This document shows positions 51,220 through 64,000 of a stretch of 64,000 nt of DNA, piece after piece; the first letter of the stretch is position 1; each line of letters begins with the position of its first letter. A program made the position numbers and the translations under genes. The notes beneath the pieces were generated by a model that ran no database searches, was not told the DNA's origin, and was given only the letters and a program-made list of their open reading frames with translations. Origin of the DNA: Styela clava (taxonomy: Eukaryota). The stretch covers positions 13,454,001 through 13,518,000 of the forward strand of contig NC_135255.1 of NCBI RefSeq assembly GCF_964204865.1, read 5' to 3'.

Positions 51220-52256
51220 CAAGGCTGTCCAAGTGAACCAAATATTCGAAATCGAAACGCATATTATTCAAAGCGTTTTTCGGCCAATTTGGGAATCACT
51301 AAAATTTGGTACATAATGCGCCTCACGACCACCTTTGCAGCGCGTTTTTCACCGAGCAAGCAAGAACGTATTTCTATCGCTCTCTTTGCTGTAAAACGGT
51401 GTCTCTCCTATTGCCTAGTGACATGTAATCATCCATTTCATGCATGGTCATAAATGAAAAGTCATCGGTAACAAAGATTTAAAGATGACGTTTTTTGAGA
51501 GAACACAAAAAAAAGGCAATTCAATATCACCAAAGACGCCAGTTCTATAAATAGAATCGATTTGTAGCTGTAGAGTCAGTAATCATAGGAACATGGTACA
51601 GGGCTGAGACATGTTCTGGAGCTTGGAGGTACAATTCCTTTTTTCAATGAAATTTGTTATTTCTTCTAATGGCAATACTTTGTACTGTATTACCCATCTA
51701 TTACTATGACAAATAATTGCACGCTCGCATAATGATGGCTGCTGTACAGCAACAATATGGTCATCAAACTAGCTCTGAATTTGTGAGTTCCCGAAATGCA
51801 ATTCTAAATTTTTTGGGCAACAGTTATATCTATATTAATAGTTGTTTATCATTTTGCTGAAAATTAAACAGAAAATCTTGAGTTAATAATACTAATGATA
51901 ATAGGATAAAAATAGCAAATACAGGATTTGCATGCCCTATTGAAACTCAATCCATTAAAACTGAGTAAATAACGCAATGATGAAGGTCTTTGCAATTTAC
52001 AACTCTTAAAACTTGATAGTTTCCGAAACCCTAATATTTTGACCAGTTCAAGAAGGCTCGTGATCTCCTTTTATAACTCTGGAAACATAATTATGCAAAA
52101 TAGTAGCAATAATTTAGATGTAACTGCACATTCGTTATAACACTATCGAAGAGGAAGTTTTTATTGTACAATAGAACCAAATTTAGGATTGCGCAGTAAT
52201 ATTCGATTATTCGGTTCAATTCGAATAAAAAAAATTATCGATTTTGGACAGCCCTA
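51220..52256. mobile_element. hAT element, copy of 40544-41579
   Basis: Same TIRs and CCTGGTAT TSD, so it was duplicated with the segment. Confidence 0.8.
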
Positions 52257-53346
52257 CCTGGTATTTGAACATTCGGCAGTCGACCAAAGAATTATAGTCA
52301 AAAATACTGCGGTATTTAAACAGAAATTAGGTGCTCGAACACCCGAGCATGCGGCCGAGTGAAATCACATTACTTGAACCACGATCTCGGCTGCCTCTCG
52401 ACTACTTAACAAGAGAGCGATGCTCAAATATATGAACACGAAAGACAAAACAAAGATGTATGATTTCTGTTACAATAGACTGCCGGTACACCTATTTTCA
52501 CGACTAACGAGGAAGCAGAACCGCCACTAGATGGACAATTTTTTTGCATTCATCGAAAACAACATACAAATCCCACAGATTTTTAACTTCATTATGTTTA
52601 ATCTTTATTATGTACACATTTAAATAATTATTGTTGTTTAAATACACTTTCTGTTGATAGTTCGTCAAAAACATATTACATTACATAGACTGTCTAATAT
52701 ATTATATTCTTTAATTTAACATTTCTCATTTATTACCATAAGTCATATATTTTTTTTATTTTTATATACTTTTCAAGAAATAATAATTTAGATAATTTAG
52801 TGCCATGTTTTTGTGGCTCAGTTGTAGTTGCAAAAAACATTGTTAATAACTTTTTTCAAGCTGCAAAAAACATTCAAATGCCCAAATGTCTGTGTTTTCG
52901 GTATTTCATCATTTCCTTGCACGAACAGGTCGAGACTTTGGTATTGACAACAATACCAGAAGCGCAGAAATTTCACAGCCAAATAGTGTGGGAAACAAGT
53001 TTTTTGCAATTTCCCAAAAAAGTTCAAAACACCCCACAACAAAAATAGCATTTTTTAGTCGTTAGAATTTAATGGCTGAAAACAACAAAGCATCTGAAAA
53101 TGACCCAAAGGCATCAACCAAATATAAATACTTTACTTGCTACAGTATGTTGCCTAATACAGTAGGTTAGCAAGCATAGATGTCTTTGCCCCAACTATAT
53201 AAATTACAGAAAGAGTAAGTTATAAGTTTTATTGAAGTGGGCTTGCAAGTGGATTAGTTGATGCAATATAAAGCGTATATATATATATTCGATTCATCAT
53301 AACCTACCAGCTGTGTTTTAATGTTAGCTTTAAACAGGCGTTGAAT

Positions 53347-55318
53347 ATGAGTAAGGGTATACTATATTGTATGTTTTTGAGCATTCAATTGCTCGTCAAT
53401 CAAGTATATTGCAATCAAAGAATTTGCATGCAAATTGAAAATGTCAATGCAGAAGAAACCTACCCAATTCCACCACAACAAAGTTCACAGGGTGTTCCGG
53501 GCAAACGTGGACCACCTGGTGAAATTGGCCCGAAAGGATCACAGGGGCCCAGAGGACCAAAAGGAATTGTTGATTATGAAAGAATTAATGCAGCAATAGA
53601 ATCAGGTAATTTAAATTAATATTGGTCGTAAGCATCAGTGGGGCTTGTACAAAGTCTTGCAAAAATTACAGATTTCCATATATAAGAATATATATTGAAG
53701 TTTACTTCTTATTGTATATATATATAGTTTAAGAAATCTTTTTAAATGATGATATAATGACTGTCAGTATGGACTTGGTTTAGACCAGGGATGGCGAACC
53801 ACTGACCCGCGGGTCACAAAGTAACCCAACGCGTTTTATTCTTGACCCGCCAAGGCACTAATAAAATAAAAATGCTAACATATCACTGATGAGAGGTGAT
53901 AAAACCGGTCTTAAATTAATCTAACAATAACTAAACTATTATAATGTACCGTCAGTTGGTCATGACTGCGATCGCTCATATTTAAGTTGTTAATTTCCGG
54001 GCCGGTATGGTAATTTCCTAAACCTTTAATCTTGGGCGCATGTGTGCACCGTTCGTTATTCAACTATTGGCTCTGACATAACAATGCAATTGCTACTTTG
54101 CATTTTATTAGTTTCTCGCCTACAATGCCGTTGAGAAATCAAAATATTCCAGACTTGAAATAAAAACCGAGAAATCTGAAACAACAATGGGGCAGTGTAA
54201 AAGTTCCTTAATGTGGTTGAAAGCTGATCTAAAAATATAAAACTATCAGAGTGGAATTCTTGCCAAACTCTTTGGATCCGGAAAAGAATTTGCCGCATCG
54301 TCCTAAGCGTTTTTGGCGATTCATATGCGTGTTTTCGTACTCTGATTCCATAAAATCGAGTGAAATAAAAAGTCCCCGATTAAAGTGATGCATAAGTGAA
54401 ACCCAAAACTACAACAACAGCAACAGAAGCTTATAAGATTTGTTTCAGAAGTTTCTCATAGATACAAACATTGATTAAATATATGTGACCCACTCTCTTC
54501 TGTTCCGCGATAAAAATATAATTTTTGACCCATTCATTGGAAAAGGTTCGCCATCCCTGATAGACAAAACTTAATAATGGGGTTTGTGCAGAACATCCAA
54601 GTATGTTATGTTGTGAACTTTATTCACTCATTCATTGGTAAAATTAAAACCATGTATCACTAATTTTGATGCTTTTATAAAATTTAGTTTGTTTGATTTG
54701 TATTATTACTTCAGCGACCTATACTTTTATATTTAATCCATTGCAGCGATAAATGATCTGCGGACAGAAATGGAAGAGAAAATGAATAATGTCAACAAAA
54801 CCATGAATGATCTTCAGCAGAGGATGGGTAATAGTGCACTAAACTATCAATTATGTAAAACTGTTTTGTTAACATTACATGATGAATTTTTTGTCAGAGT
54901 TCTCAAACATAAAATTAAATGCGAATTGGAAACACAAATAAGATTTGAATTTATAATTCTTAACAAATAGAACTAAATGTAATTTTCATTTTCTAAATAA
55001 AATAGTTAACTGCGATGATTCAGAATCGAGAATTTCCAACATTAATATAAATTATTTTCAAACCGAAATACCTAAATTTTTCATTTTCTAAATATAATAG
55101 TCAACTGCGAAGTCTTTTACAAGAATAATTGTTATCGGATGAAACTTCGCAAAACCAAAATGGATTTTGACCAAGCAACGCAAGCATGTAGATATATTGG
55201 TATGAATATTGGATACATTGAAGATGAAACACATTACCAAAAAATAGCAGAGTTAGTCAGATCAAAATCAACATTGTTTCAAACAGGATACTGGACAGGG
55301 CTATTGTACATAAACTCA
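53347..55318 (+). CDS. Mini-collectin 4, exons 1-3 open but own exon 4 deleted
   Basis: Exons 53347-53605, 54747-54827 (+9 nt), 55101-55318. Intron 3 is fused near 55695 to the paralog of about 11719. Confidence 0.7.
53786..54559. mobile_element. hAT MITE in collectin intron 1
   Basis: TIR CAGGGATGGCGAACC...GGTTCGCCATCCCTG; imperfect TSD (GTTTAGAC / ATAGAC); empty site GTATAGAC in genes 1-3. Confidence 0.85.
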
Positions 55319-55694
55319 GTGAGTATTTAAATTTGATTCATAACGAATATGGTGAACCAGCAAATATTTATCATTTCTATCACATTAAACTATCATTGAC
55401 TTATCTCGGATTAGGCTCAGAGCATAGTGCCAAACGTTAGGAATATGCTTGCCCCAACACCTCTGATTACCCTGCGTGGGTTGGATGGTCCGATCCTGTG
55501 TGGGATAACTATGTACAAGATGATTGCTGGATTCCTCGCTTACATAGGGTGGTTCACATAACTGCTGGTCAGTTACAGCTTCCTTCACTGTCAAGTTCAT
55601 GCATCAGAAAACTGGCCAACTAACCCCATACCCAACATGACTGGTACCCGTACAAGAGGCTGCGGTTCCCCATATCAATATTAAGTCGCCTTAT

Positions 55695-57470
55695 CTTTGA
55701 TCCCGAGATAATTTCGAGCATTGCATGCAGAGCTAAAAGTGACAAATAAATGATATGTATTTCTGCTCAATATAGAAATTTGACTCACTCACAAACTCAA
55801 AGTAATTAAGAGATTAACGGATTCAGGTATTTATTTTTAATGAGAAAACAAGGACAAGGGAGTGCTGCTTTGAGAGCAATAGGATAGAATGTTTCATATT
55901 TGATAGGATATTGTGGAGGAAAAAACAATAAAATAGCTCAATAACCACATTATACACCACAACATATCCTATTATTCGATTGCTAGGGTACATTAGGTAT
56001 GGGGAAAAGGTAACCAATTGAATATTTGAAATAGATAATGTGGATGTGGATAAAACTTGGCATTTTTGGACGCTCACTCGCAACTTCCGCTGCCTACAAC
56101 GCCCTGTACAGGTAGCAATTGGGAACTCACTCAAACCCAATCAAAATTTATGAAGCTACTGCTATTCAAACGACCCCGAATCTTCCCAGTTAGGCATTGC
56201 ATTTTTATAATACCCTGGGTGAGGTGGGACTTGGAAAGCACTGTGGGAGAGTATTGAAATGCACGACGTTAAAATATGCCAACCAAAGATGATTAAGATC
56301 AGTCGACGTCAAACATCTATTCATAGAAGATGTAGAAAAGGTAGGAAACTTCTGACATTGTGGAGAGAATTCTTTTACCGTTACCTGTAGAAATATTTTC
56401 GAATTTTGGAGGGGCAAAAGTTGTAAATTAAGGTCAGTCTAGATAAGGGTTATTCAAAATGAACCTTCCGCTCCACTAGTGGACCACAGAAAGTTTCCCT
56501 CTGGGCAAAAAGCACTTTAACTAGGTATCATTCATGATGACGATGACAGATCTAGATTAACAGTCCAAGTTATCGAGTAAAATCTTGTCTGTTATTATTA
56601 TGCAGAAAATTTGAAAATTTAAAAAAAAAAAAAAAATTTCTTTTGAAATATTTTGCTCTCGGTCACGAATTATACATATGATCGCTATACTATTTCTCAT
56701 TGTTGTTATTCTTGTTGACATTATTTGGAAAAAATGGCCAGTACTGCTTGATTTCTCATTTTTAGTACTTAGATAGAAAAAGTTGCAAATTTGCTATTGC
56801 TTTTATTTTATTTCTCAAATTTTTCTATGAGACCATTATAATTACGAAAAACTTTTAGGGCTTTAATTAAAGGGGACACTTTTTTATTTCATCACACTGG
56901 TCTTTTTTGTCATAATTGGTGCTATGAGGTCTTAAATTCCTGGTACCGATACCGTAACCTTTGATGCACAGAAGGTCATATAGAAATGGTTATCTGGCCT
57001 GATTGGTTCAACAGTTATTTTTAATATATGCCTTCAACATTGAAGCATTAATAAACATCGCTAGTCAAATGAACTTAACTTATTGAGACAATGTAACTAT
57101 TTATTACGAAATTCGAATGATAAGAAATATACTTGAAAATGATTAATTTGATCAAAAAAATAAATATTACTTACAACAATGGTAAAACCTTATTAAATAT
57201 AATAATTGAAGTTGAGTTCGTTGCAACACTGTTTGCAAAAGCCATCTTGAAGTAACATCTGGTGATAAACCATTTACAGGGATCCCACCTTATAAAGAGA
57301 AAGAATATTGATAACAAACAACAATAAAATTTACGAAAAGGTCCCAAAGTCAAAAACAAAGTAAAAGAATAACGTAAAAATCACCTTCAACATTATTCAG
57401 CAAGTTTGAAATGAGTTGATCGTAAAGAAATTCCCTTTTTACAATATTTAAATCCTACGTCGGAAGCTGT
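55695..57470 (-). pseudogene. ZFC3H1: ZFC3H1-like fragment, copy 4
   Basis: VTVKEFSPQCQKFPTF..LWLAYFNVVHFNTLPQC exon plus degraded upstream exons, with several deletions. Confidence 0.6.
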
Positions 57471-59280
57471 AAAACAAGTCAAACAATCTTGTGGCATTAT
57501 GGAATTAGAGGGGTAGCAAACCAACTCCTGGCTAACTACTTGACCAATAGAATGCAATTTGTTCAAATTGGTTCATACTGTTCTCTTACCTTGCCTGTGT
57601 CCTCCAGGGATCTTGCTTGTGTCTCAACATCATTCTTAATTTTTTCTCAATGATCTTCCCCACAGTTTCACACTATTTTCAAAATTGTTCGCTGATGACA
57701 CAAACCTTCATGATAGCGACAAGTCTCCGGATGTGCTTGAGTCCAGAGTGAACACTAAAATACAAAAAAGTAGCAAATTGATGAAACTTAAACTGACATT
57801 GAATGTTGAAAAATCAAAAACTATGCTATTGCGGTAAGGATGCTGTATCGGCTCAGGTTTTTCTCTTCAATTTCAACTTTGTACATGGTTTACTTTGTCT
57901 TGTTCCAGTCTCATTTGCAATATGGAATTGTAGCTTGGGGATCAGCTAAGAAAACCATTCTACGTAGAATCGAGATAATTCAAAACAGCGCTATGCGTGC
58001 TGTACTCTTTGCTGGACCAATGTCAAAAATAAACCCCCACTACCATAAGATGCAACTAATCAAAATGGCAGATATTTTTAAAAGCGAGGTATTAGAACTC
58101 ATCACCAGCACCATAAAACTGCCTACTGCATTTTGTCAAACAAACCAGTGTACACTCTTGTGCAACTCGGTCCGCTGCCAATAGCCCATACTATGTGCCT
58201 CGCTATTCCACCAATTAGCCAATTGTTCTAGATATAATACCTGGAATGAGTGTTATCTTTATTTGTCCATGTTTTTTATAATATGCTATCACCATCACCA
58301 TCACCATAATAATTTTCATCACCACTGTGGTTTACTTTGTTTCTAGTATTATTTGCTCCCACCTGACAGAGAAAAATAACTCCAGTATGACTTTTTCCCA
58401 CAAGTATTTTACCTCAATATCCTCAAGATTACTTAATAGGCTATTCATCATCATTATATAAATTTGCATAAATGTTGTATTTTTACCCAAATAGTATGTG
58501 CACCTTGCAAGAGTCATAGCACAAAATAACTTTATGTCTTATGAACTTTTCCAATAACTGAATAAAGGCAAACTTCATTTAATATTCTGTTACCTTTAAT
58601 ACTGTAATAGTCAATGTTCCATAACAGGCTAATCATCATTGTATCATTATATTCCATATACGTTGTTTAATATTTTCCAATATCATGTGTGGCATCGCAA
58701 TCAAACTTAAAACTGACATTTTTCACCTAAAATTCAGTTTATGTATTTCTAGTTTCCACTATTGTTGCGGAGAATCCCCTATGTGGTTATATCGATAAGC
58801 CTTGTCACCTCTGTTAAGCTACAGCTGGTAGAAATTTGACTTTCGTGTGCAGCCATCGATGTAATTTTGTGATGTAATGTACGTTCTTCTGATAAATAGG
58901 GGTATCTCCAACATGGGAGTACCACAATTTCATAGTTCGAGTAGTTTTAGGTTCAAGGTGTGTGAAAAACTTTAAAACCCTAAATGATCTTCAGCAGAGG
59001 ATGGGTAATAGTCAACTAAACTATCAATTATGTAAAACTGTTTTGTTAACACTACATGATGAATTTTTTTGTCAAAGAGTTCTCAAACATAACATCAAAT
59101 GCAAACTGGAAACACAAATAAGATTTGAATCTAGAATTCCCAACAAACAGAACAAAATGTAATTTTCATTTTCTAAATAAAATAGTCAACTGTGATGATT
59201 CAGAATCGAGAATTTCCAACATGAATATAAATTATTTTCAAACCGAGATAACTAAATTTTTCATTTTCTAAATATAATAG

Positions 59281-60114
59281 TCAACTGCGAAGTCTTTTAC
59301 AAGAATAATTGTTATCGGATGGAACTTCGCAAAACCCAAATGAATTTTGACCAAGCAACGCAAGCATGTAGAGATATTGGTATGAATATTGGATACATCG
59401 AAGATGAAACACAGTTAGTCAGATCAAAATCAACATTATCTCATACAGGATACTGGACAGGACTATTGTACATAAACTCAGTGAGTATTTAAATTTGATT
59501 CATAATGAATATGATGAACTACTGCTTCTTCATCATTTCTTCTCATTAGATTATCCATGATTCAGCTCAATTTAGGCTCGGCGGTGTGTATAACATGATG
59601 CTAAGCGTTGAGAAAATGCTTGCCACAGCACCTCTGATTATCCTGTGTGGGTTCGCAGGCCCGAATCCTGTGTGGGTTAATTATGTACAAGATGAATGCA
59701 GGACTCCTCGACTTTGTAGGGGGATTCACATAACCGCTGGTCGGTTACGACTTCCTCCACCATCAAGTCCATGCATCCAAGAACAAAAAATGGCTGACTA
59801 ATCACATACCCAACATGAACTGTCAATCGGACAAAAGGTCAAAGTCTTCCATATGATTAATATTAAACTACCTTATTGTATCCCCCCTGATTAATATGTA
59901 ACTCCTATCTTATTTATTTCAGCAACTTGTGACTCTTTCTGGAGATCCATCACCATTCACTAAATGGCATCCAAGTAAACCCAATATTAGTGCGCAATAC
60001 AAAAATGTGTACATTTGGGTCAATAAAGATACCGGAAGTGTATACCAGGGCATGGATAACTACATTCCAACACACAAACAAGCTGGAGTGTTATGTCAAA
60101 TCATGCATACTTAA
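59281..60114 (+). other. Orphan CTLD exon pair B3
   Basis: Exons 59281-59480 and 59923-60114 are open. A neck remnant with its donor ends at 59004. Confidence 0.75.
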
Positions 60115-62134
60115 GATCAAATTAACAAGATCGGATTAGCAAATAGCAAGCATTGTCCACAGAGTTCTTTTCGTTAACTTCTCTGATCACACAATACTAC
60201 AATGCTAGGATTATCGACAATATCCAAACTCAATAAAGCATATGATGAACTATTTAACTTTATGAATAATCATTTTATTTACAATCATCGATTCTGACTT
60301 ATATAGGTGGCATTGTGTTTTGCTTTTTGTTTGCATTGGCAACAAATATATAAATATTAATATATAAATATTAAAAAATGAAGAAATACAATATTTATAA
60401 AATATTGAGATGGGGAAGTTAAAGTACAATGATACCTCGGTAGTGGAAGGACCTGGTATTAAGGCTGTCCAAGTGAACCAAATATTCGAAATCGAAACGC
60501 AAATTATTCAAAGCGTTTTTCGGCCAATTTGGAATCACTAAAATTTGGTACATAATGCGCCTCACGACCACCTTTGCAGCGCGTTTTCCACCGAGCAAGC
60601 AAAAACGTATTTCTATCGCTCTCTTTGCTGTAAAACGGTGTCTTCTCTCCTATTGCCCGGTGACATGTAATCATCCATTTCATGCATGGTCATAAATGAA
60701 AAGTCATCGGTAACAAAGATTTAAAGATGACGTTATTTGAGAGAACACAAAAAAAAGGCAATTCAATATCACCAAAGACGCCAGTTCTATAAATAGAATC
60801 GATTTGTAGCTGTAGAGTCAGTAATCATAGGAACATGGTACAGGGCTGAGACATGTTCTGGAGCTTGGAGGTACAATTCCTTTTTTCAATGAAATTTGTT
60901 ATTTCTTCTAATGGCAATACTTTGTACTGTATTACCCATCTATTACTATGACAAATAATTGCACGCTTGCATAATGATGGCTGCTGTACAGCAACAATAT
61001 GGTCATCAAACTAGCTCTGAATTTGTGAGTTCCCGAAATGCAATTCTAAATTTTTTGGGCAACAGTTATATCTATATTAATAGTTGTTTATCATTAAACA
61101 GAAAATCTAACAGAAAATCTTGAGTTGATAATACTAATGATAATAGGATAAAAATAGCAAATACAGGATTTGCATGCCCTATTGAAACTCAATCCATTAA
61201 AACTGAGTAAATAACGCAATGATGAGAGTCTTTGAAAACAGAGATGTATGGTTTCTGTTACAATAGACTGCCGGTACGCCAATTTTCACGACTAACGAGG
61301 AAGCATAACCGCCACCAGATGGACAATTTTTTTGCATTTATCGAAAACAATATACAAATCCCACAGATTTTTAACTTCATTATGTTTAATCTTTATTATG
61401 TACACATTTAAATAATTATTGTTGTTTAAATACACTTTCTGTTGATAGTTAGTCAAAAACATATTACATTACATAGACTGTCTAATATATTATATTCTCT
61501 TATTTAACATTTCTCATTTATTACCACAAGTGATATATATTTTTTATTTTTATATACTATTCAAGAAATAATAATTTAGATAATTTAGTGCCATGTTTTT
61601 GTGGCTCAGTTGTAGTTGCAAAAAACATTGTTAATAACTTTTTTCAAGCTGCAAAAAACATTTAAATGCCCAAATGTCTGTGTTTTTGGTATTTCATCAT
61701 TTCCTTGCACGAACAGGTCAAGACTTTGGTATTGACAACAATACCAAAAGCGCAGAAATTTCACAGCCAAATAGTGTGGGAAACAAGTTTTTTGCAATTT
61801 CCCAAGACAGTTCAAAACACCCCACAACAAAAATAGCATTTTTTAGTCCTTAGAATTTAATGGCTGAAAACAACAAAGCATCTGAAAATGACCCAAAGGC
61901 ATCAACCCAATATAAATACTTTACTTGCTACAGTATGTTGCCTAATACAGTAGGTTAGCAAGCATAGATGTCTTTGCCCCAACTATATAAATTACAGAAA
62001 GAGTAAGTTATAAGTTTTATTGAAGTGGACTTGCAAGTGGATTAGTTGATGCAATATATAGCGTATATACATATATTCGATTCATTATAACCTACCAGCT
62101 GTGTTTTAATGTTAGCTTTAAACAGGTGTTGAAT

Positions 62135-63782
62135 ATGAGTAAGGGTATACTATATTGGATGTGTTTGAGCATTCAATTGCTCGTCAATCAAGTATATTGC
62201 AATCAAAGAATTTGCATGCAAATTGAAAATGTCAATGCAGAAGAAACATACCCAATTCCACCACAACGAAGTTCACAGGGTGTTCCGGGCAAACGTGGAC
62301 CACCTGGTGAAATTGGCCCGAAAGGATCACAGGGGCCCATAGGACCAAAAGGAATTGTTGATTATGAAAGAATTAATGCAGCAATAGAATCAGGTAATTT
62401 AAATTAATATTGGTCGTAAGCATCAGTGGGGCTTGTACAAACTCTTGCAAAAATTACAGATTTCCATATATAAGAATATATTGAAGTTTACTTCTTATTG
62501 TATATATATATAGTTTACATCTTTTTAAATGATGATATAATGACTGTCAGTATGGACTTGGTTTAGACCAGGGATGGCGAACCACTGACCCGCGGGTCAC
62601 AAAGTAACCCAACGCGTTTTATTCTTGACCCGCCAAGGCACTAATAAAATAAAAATGCTAACATATCACTGATGAGAGGTGATAAAACCGGTCTTTAATT
62701 AATCTAACAATAACTAAACTATTATAATGTACCGTCAGTTGGTTATGACTGCGATAGCTCATATTTAAGTTGTTAATTTCCGGGCCGGTATGGTAATTTC
62801 CTAAACCTCTAATCTTGGGCGCATGTATGCACCGTTCGTTATTCAACTATTGGCTCTGACATAACAATGCAATTGCTACTTTGCATTTTATTAGTTTCTC
62901 GCCTACAATGCAGTTGAGAAATCAAAATATTCCAGACTTGAAATAAAAACCGAGAAATCTGAAACAACAATGGGGCAGTGTAAAAGTGCCTTAATGTGGT
63001 TGAAAGGTTCGCCATCCCTGATAGACAAAACTTAATAATGGGGTTTGTGCAGAACATCCAAGTATGTTATGTTGTGAACTTTATTCACTCATTCATTGGT
63101 AAAATTAAAACCATGTATCACTAATTTTGATGCTTTTATAAAATTTAGTTTGTTCGATTTGTATTATTACTTCAGCGACCCATACTTTTATATTTAATCC
63201 ATTGCAGCGATAAATGATCTGCGGACAGAAACGGAAGAGAAAATGAATAATGTCAACAAAACCATGAATGATCTTCAGCAGAGGATGGGTAATAAGCGAC
63301 TAAACTATCAATTATGTAAAACTGTTTTGTTAACATTACATGATGAATTTTTTGTCACAGAGTTCTCAAACATAAAATTAAATGCAAATTGGAAACACAA
63401 ATAGGATTTGAATCTATAATTCCCAACAAATAGAACTAAATGTAATTTTCATTTTCTAAATAAAATAGTCAACTGCGATGATTCAGAATCGAGAATTTCC
63501 AACATTAATATAAATTATTTTCAAACCGAAATACCTAAATTTTTCATTTTCTAAATATAATAGTCAACTGCGAAGTCTTTTACAAGAATAATTGTTATCG
63601 GATGGAACTTCACAAAACCCAAAATGAATTTTGATCAAGCAACACAAGCATGTAGAGATATTGGTATGAATATTGGATACATTCAAGATGAAACACATTA
63701 TCAAAAAATAGCAGAGTTAGTCAGATCAAAATCAACATTATCTAAAACAGGATACTGGACAGGACTATTGTACATAAACTCA
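62135..63782 (+). pseudogene. Mini-collectin 5, +1 frameshift in exon 3; exon 4 would lie beyond the window
   Basis: Exons 62135-62393, 63208-63288, 63564-63782 (219 vs 218 nt). ACCCAAAATG leads to TGA at 63632-63634. Confidence 0.65.
62569..63020. mobile_element. Internally deleted copy of the 53786 hAT MITE
   Basis: Same TIRs and insertion site; about 320 bp shorter. Confidence 0.85.
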
Positions 63783-64000
63783 GTGAGTATTTAAATATGA
63801 TTCATAACGAATATGGTGAACCACCAATTTTTTATCATTTCTATCACATTAAATTATCATTGACTTATCTCGGATTAGGCTCAGAGCATAGTGCCAAACG
63901 TTAGGAATACGCTTGCCCCAACACCTCTGATTACCCTGCGTGGGTTGGATGGTCCGATCCTGTGTGGGATAACTATGTACAAGATGATTGCTGGATTCCT

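Overview
AT-rich, intron-containing animal genomic DNA. An invertebrate deuterostome such as an ascidian is a plausible source, but that is inference only. The window is a tandem segmental-duplication array with four components. (1) On the + strand are eight C-type-lectin loci of a small secreted collectin family (signal peptide, Cys, 8-9 Gly-X-Y triplets with a PGKxGP MASP-type motif, coiled-coil neck, atypical CTLD). Three are intact 4-exon genes, one lacks its last exon, one is frameshifted and runs off the window end, and three are 5'-less 'orphan' CTLD exon pairs. The CTLD ligand face is hypervariable, with almost only non-synonymous differences. (2) On the - strand, spliced exons encode the C-terminal HAT/TPR-like half of a ZFC3H1-like (PAXT adaptor) protein. 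In the two long duplication units the collectin gene lies antisense inside a single ZFC3H1 intron, and ZFC3H1 fragments were co-amplified with it. (3) An intact BEL/Pao LTR retrotransposon with apparently identical 460-bp LTRs is nested in a Buster/Charlie hAT derivative. (4) Other repeats include further hAT MITEs, tRNA-like SINEs, CR1/L2-type LINE relics and Helitron-like repeats. Exon coordinates were derived by hand from GT-AG sites and reading phase, and homology calls are from recalled protein motifs, not database searches.
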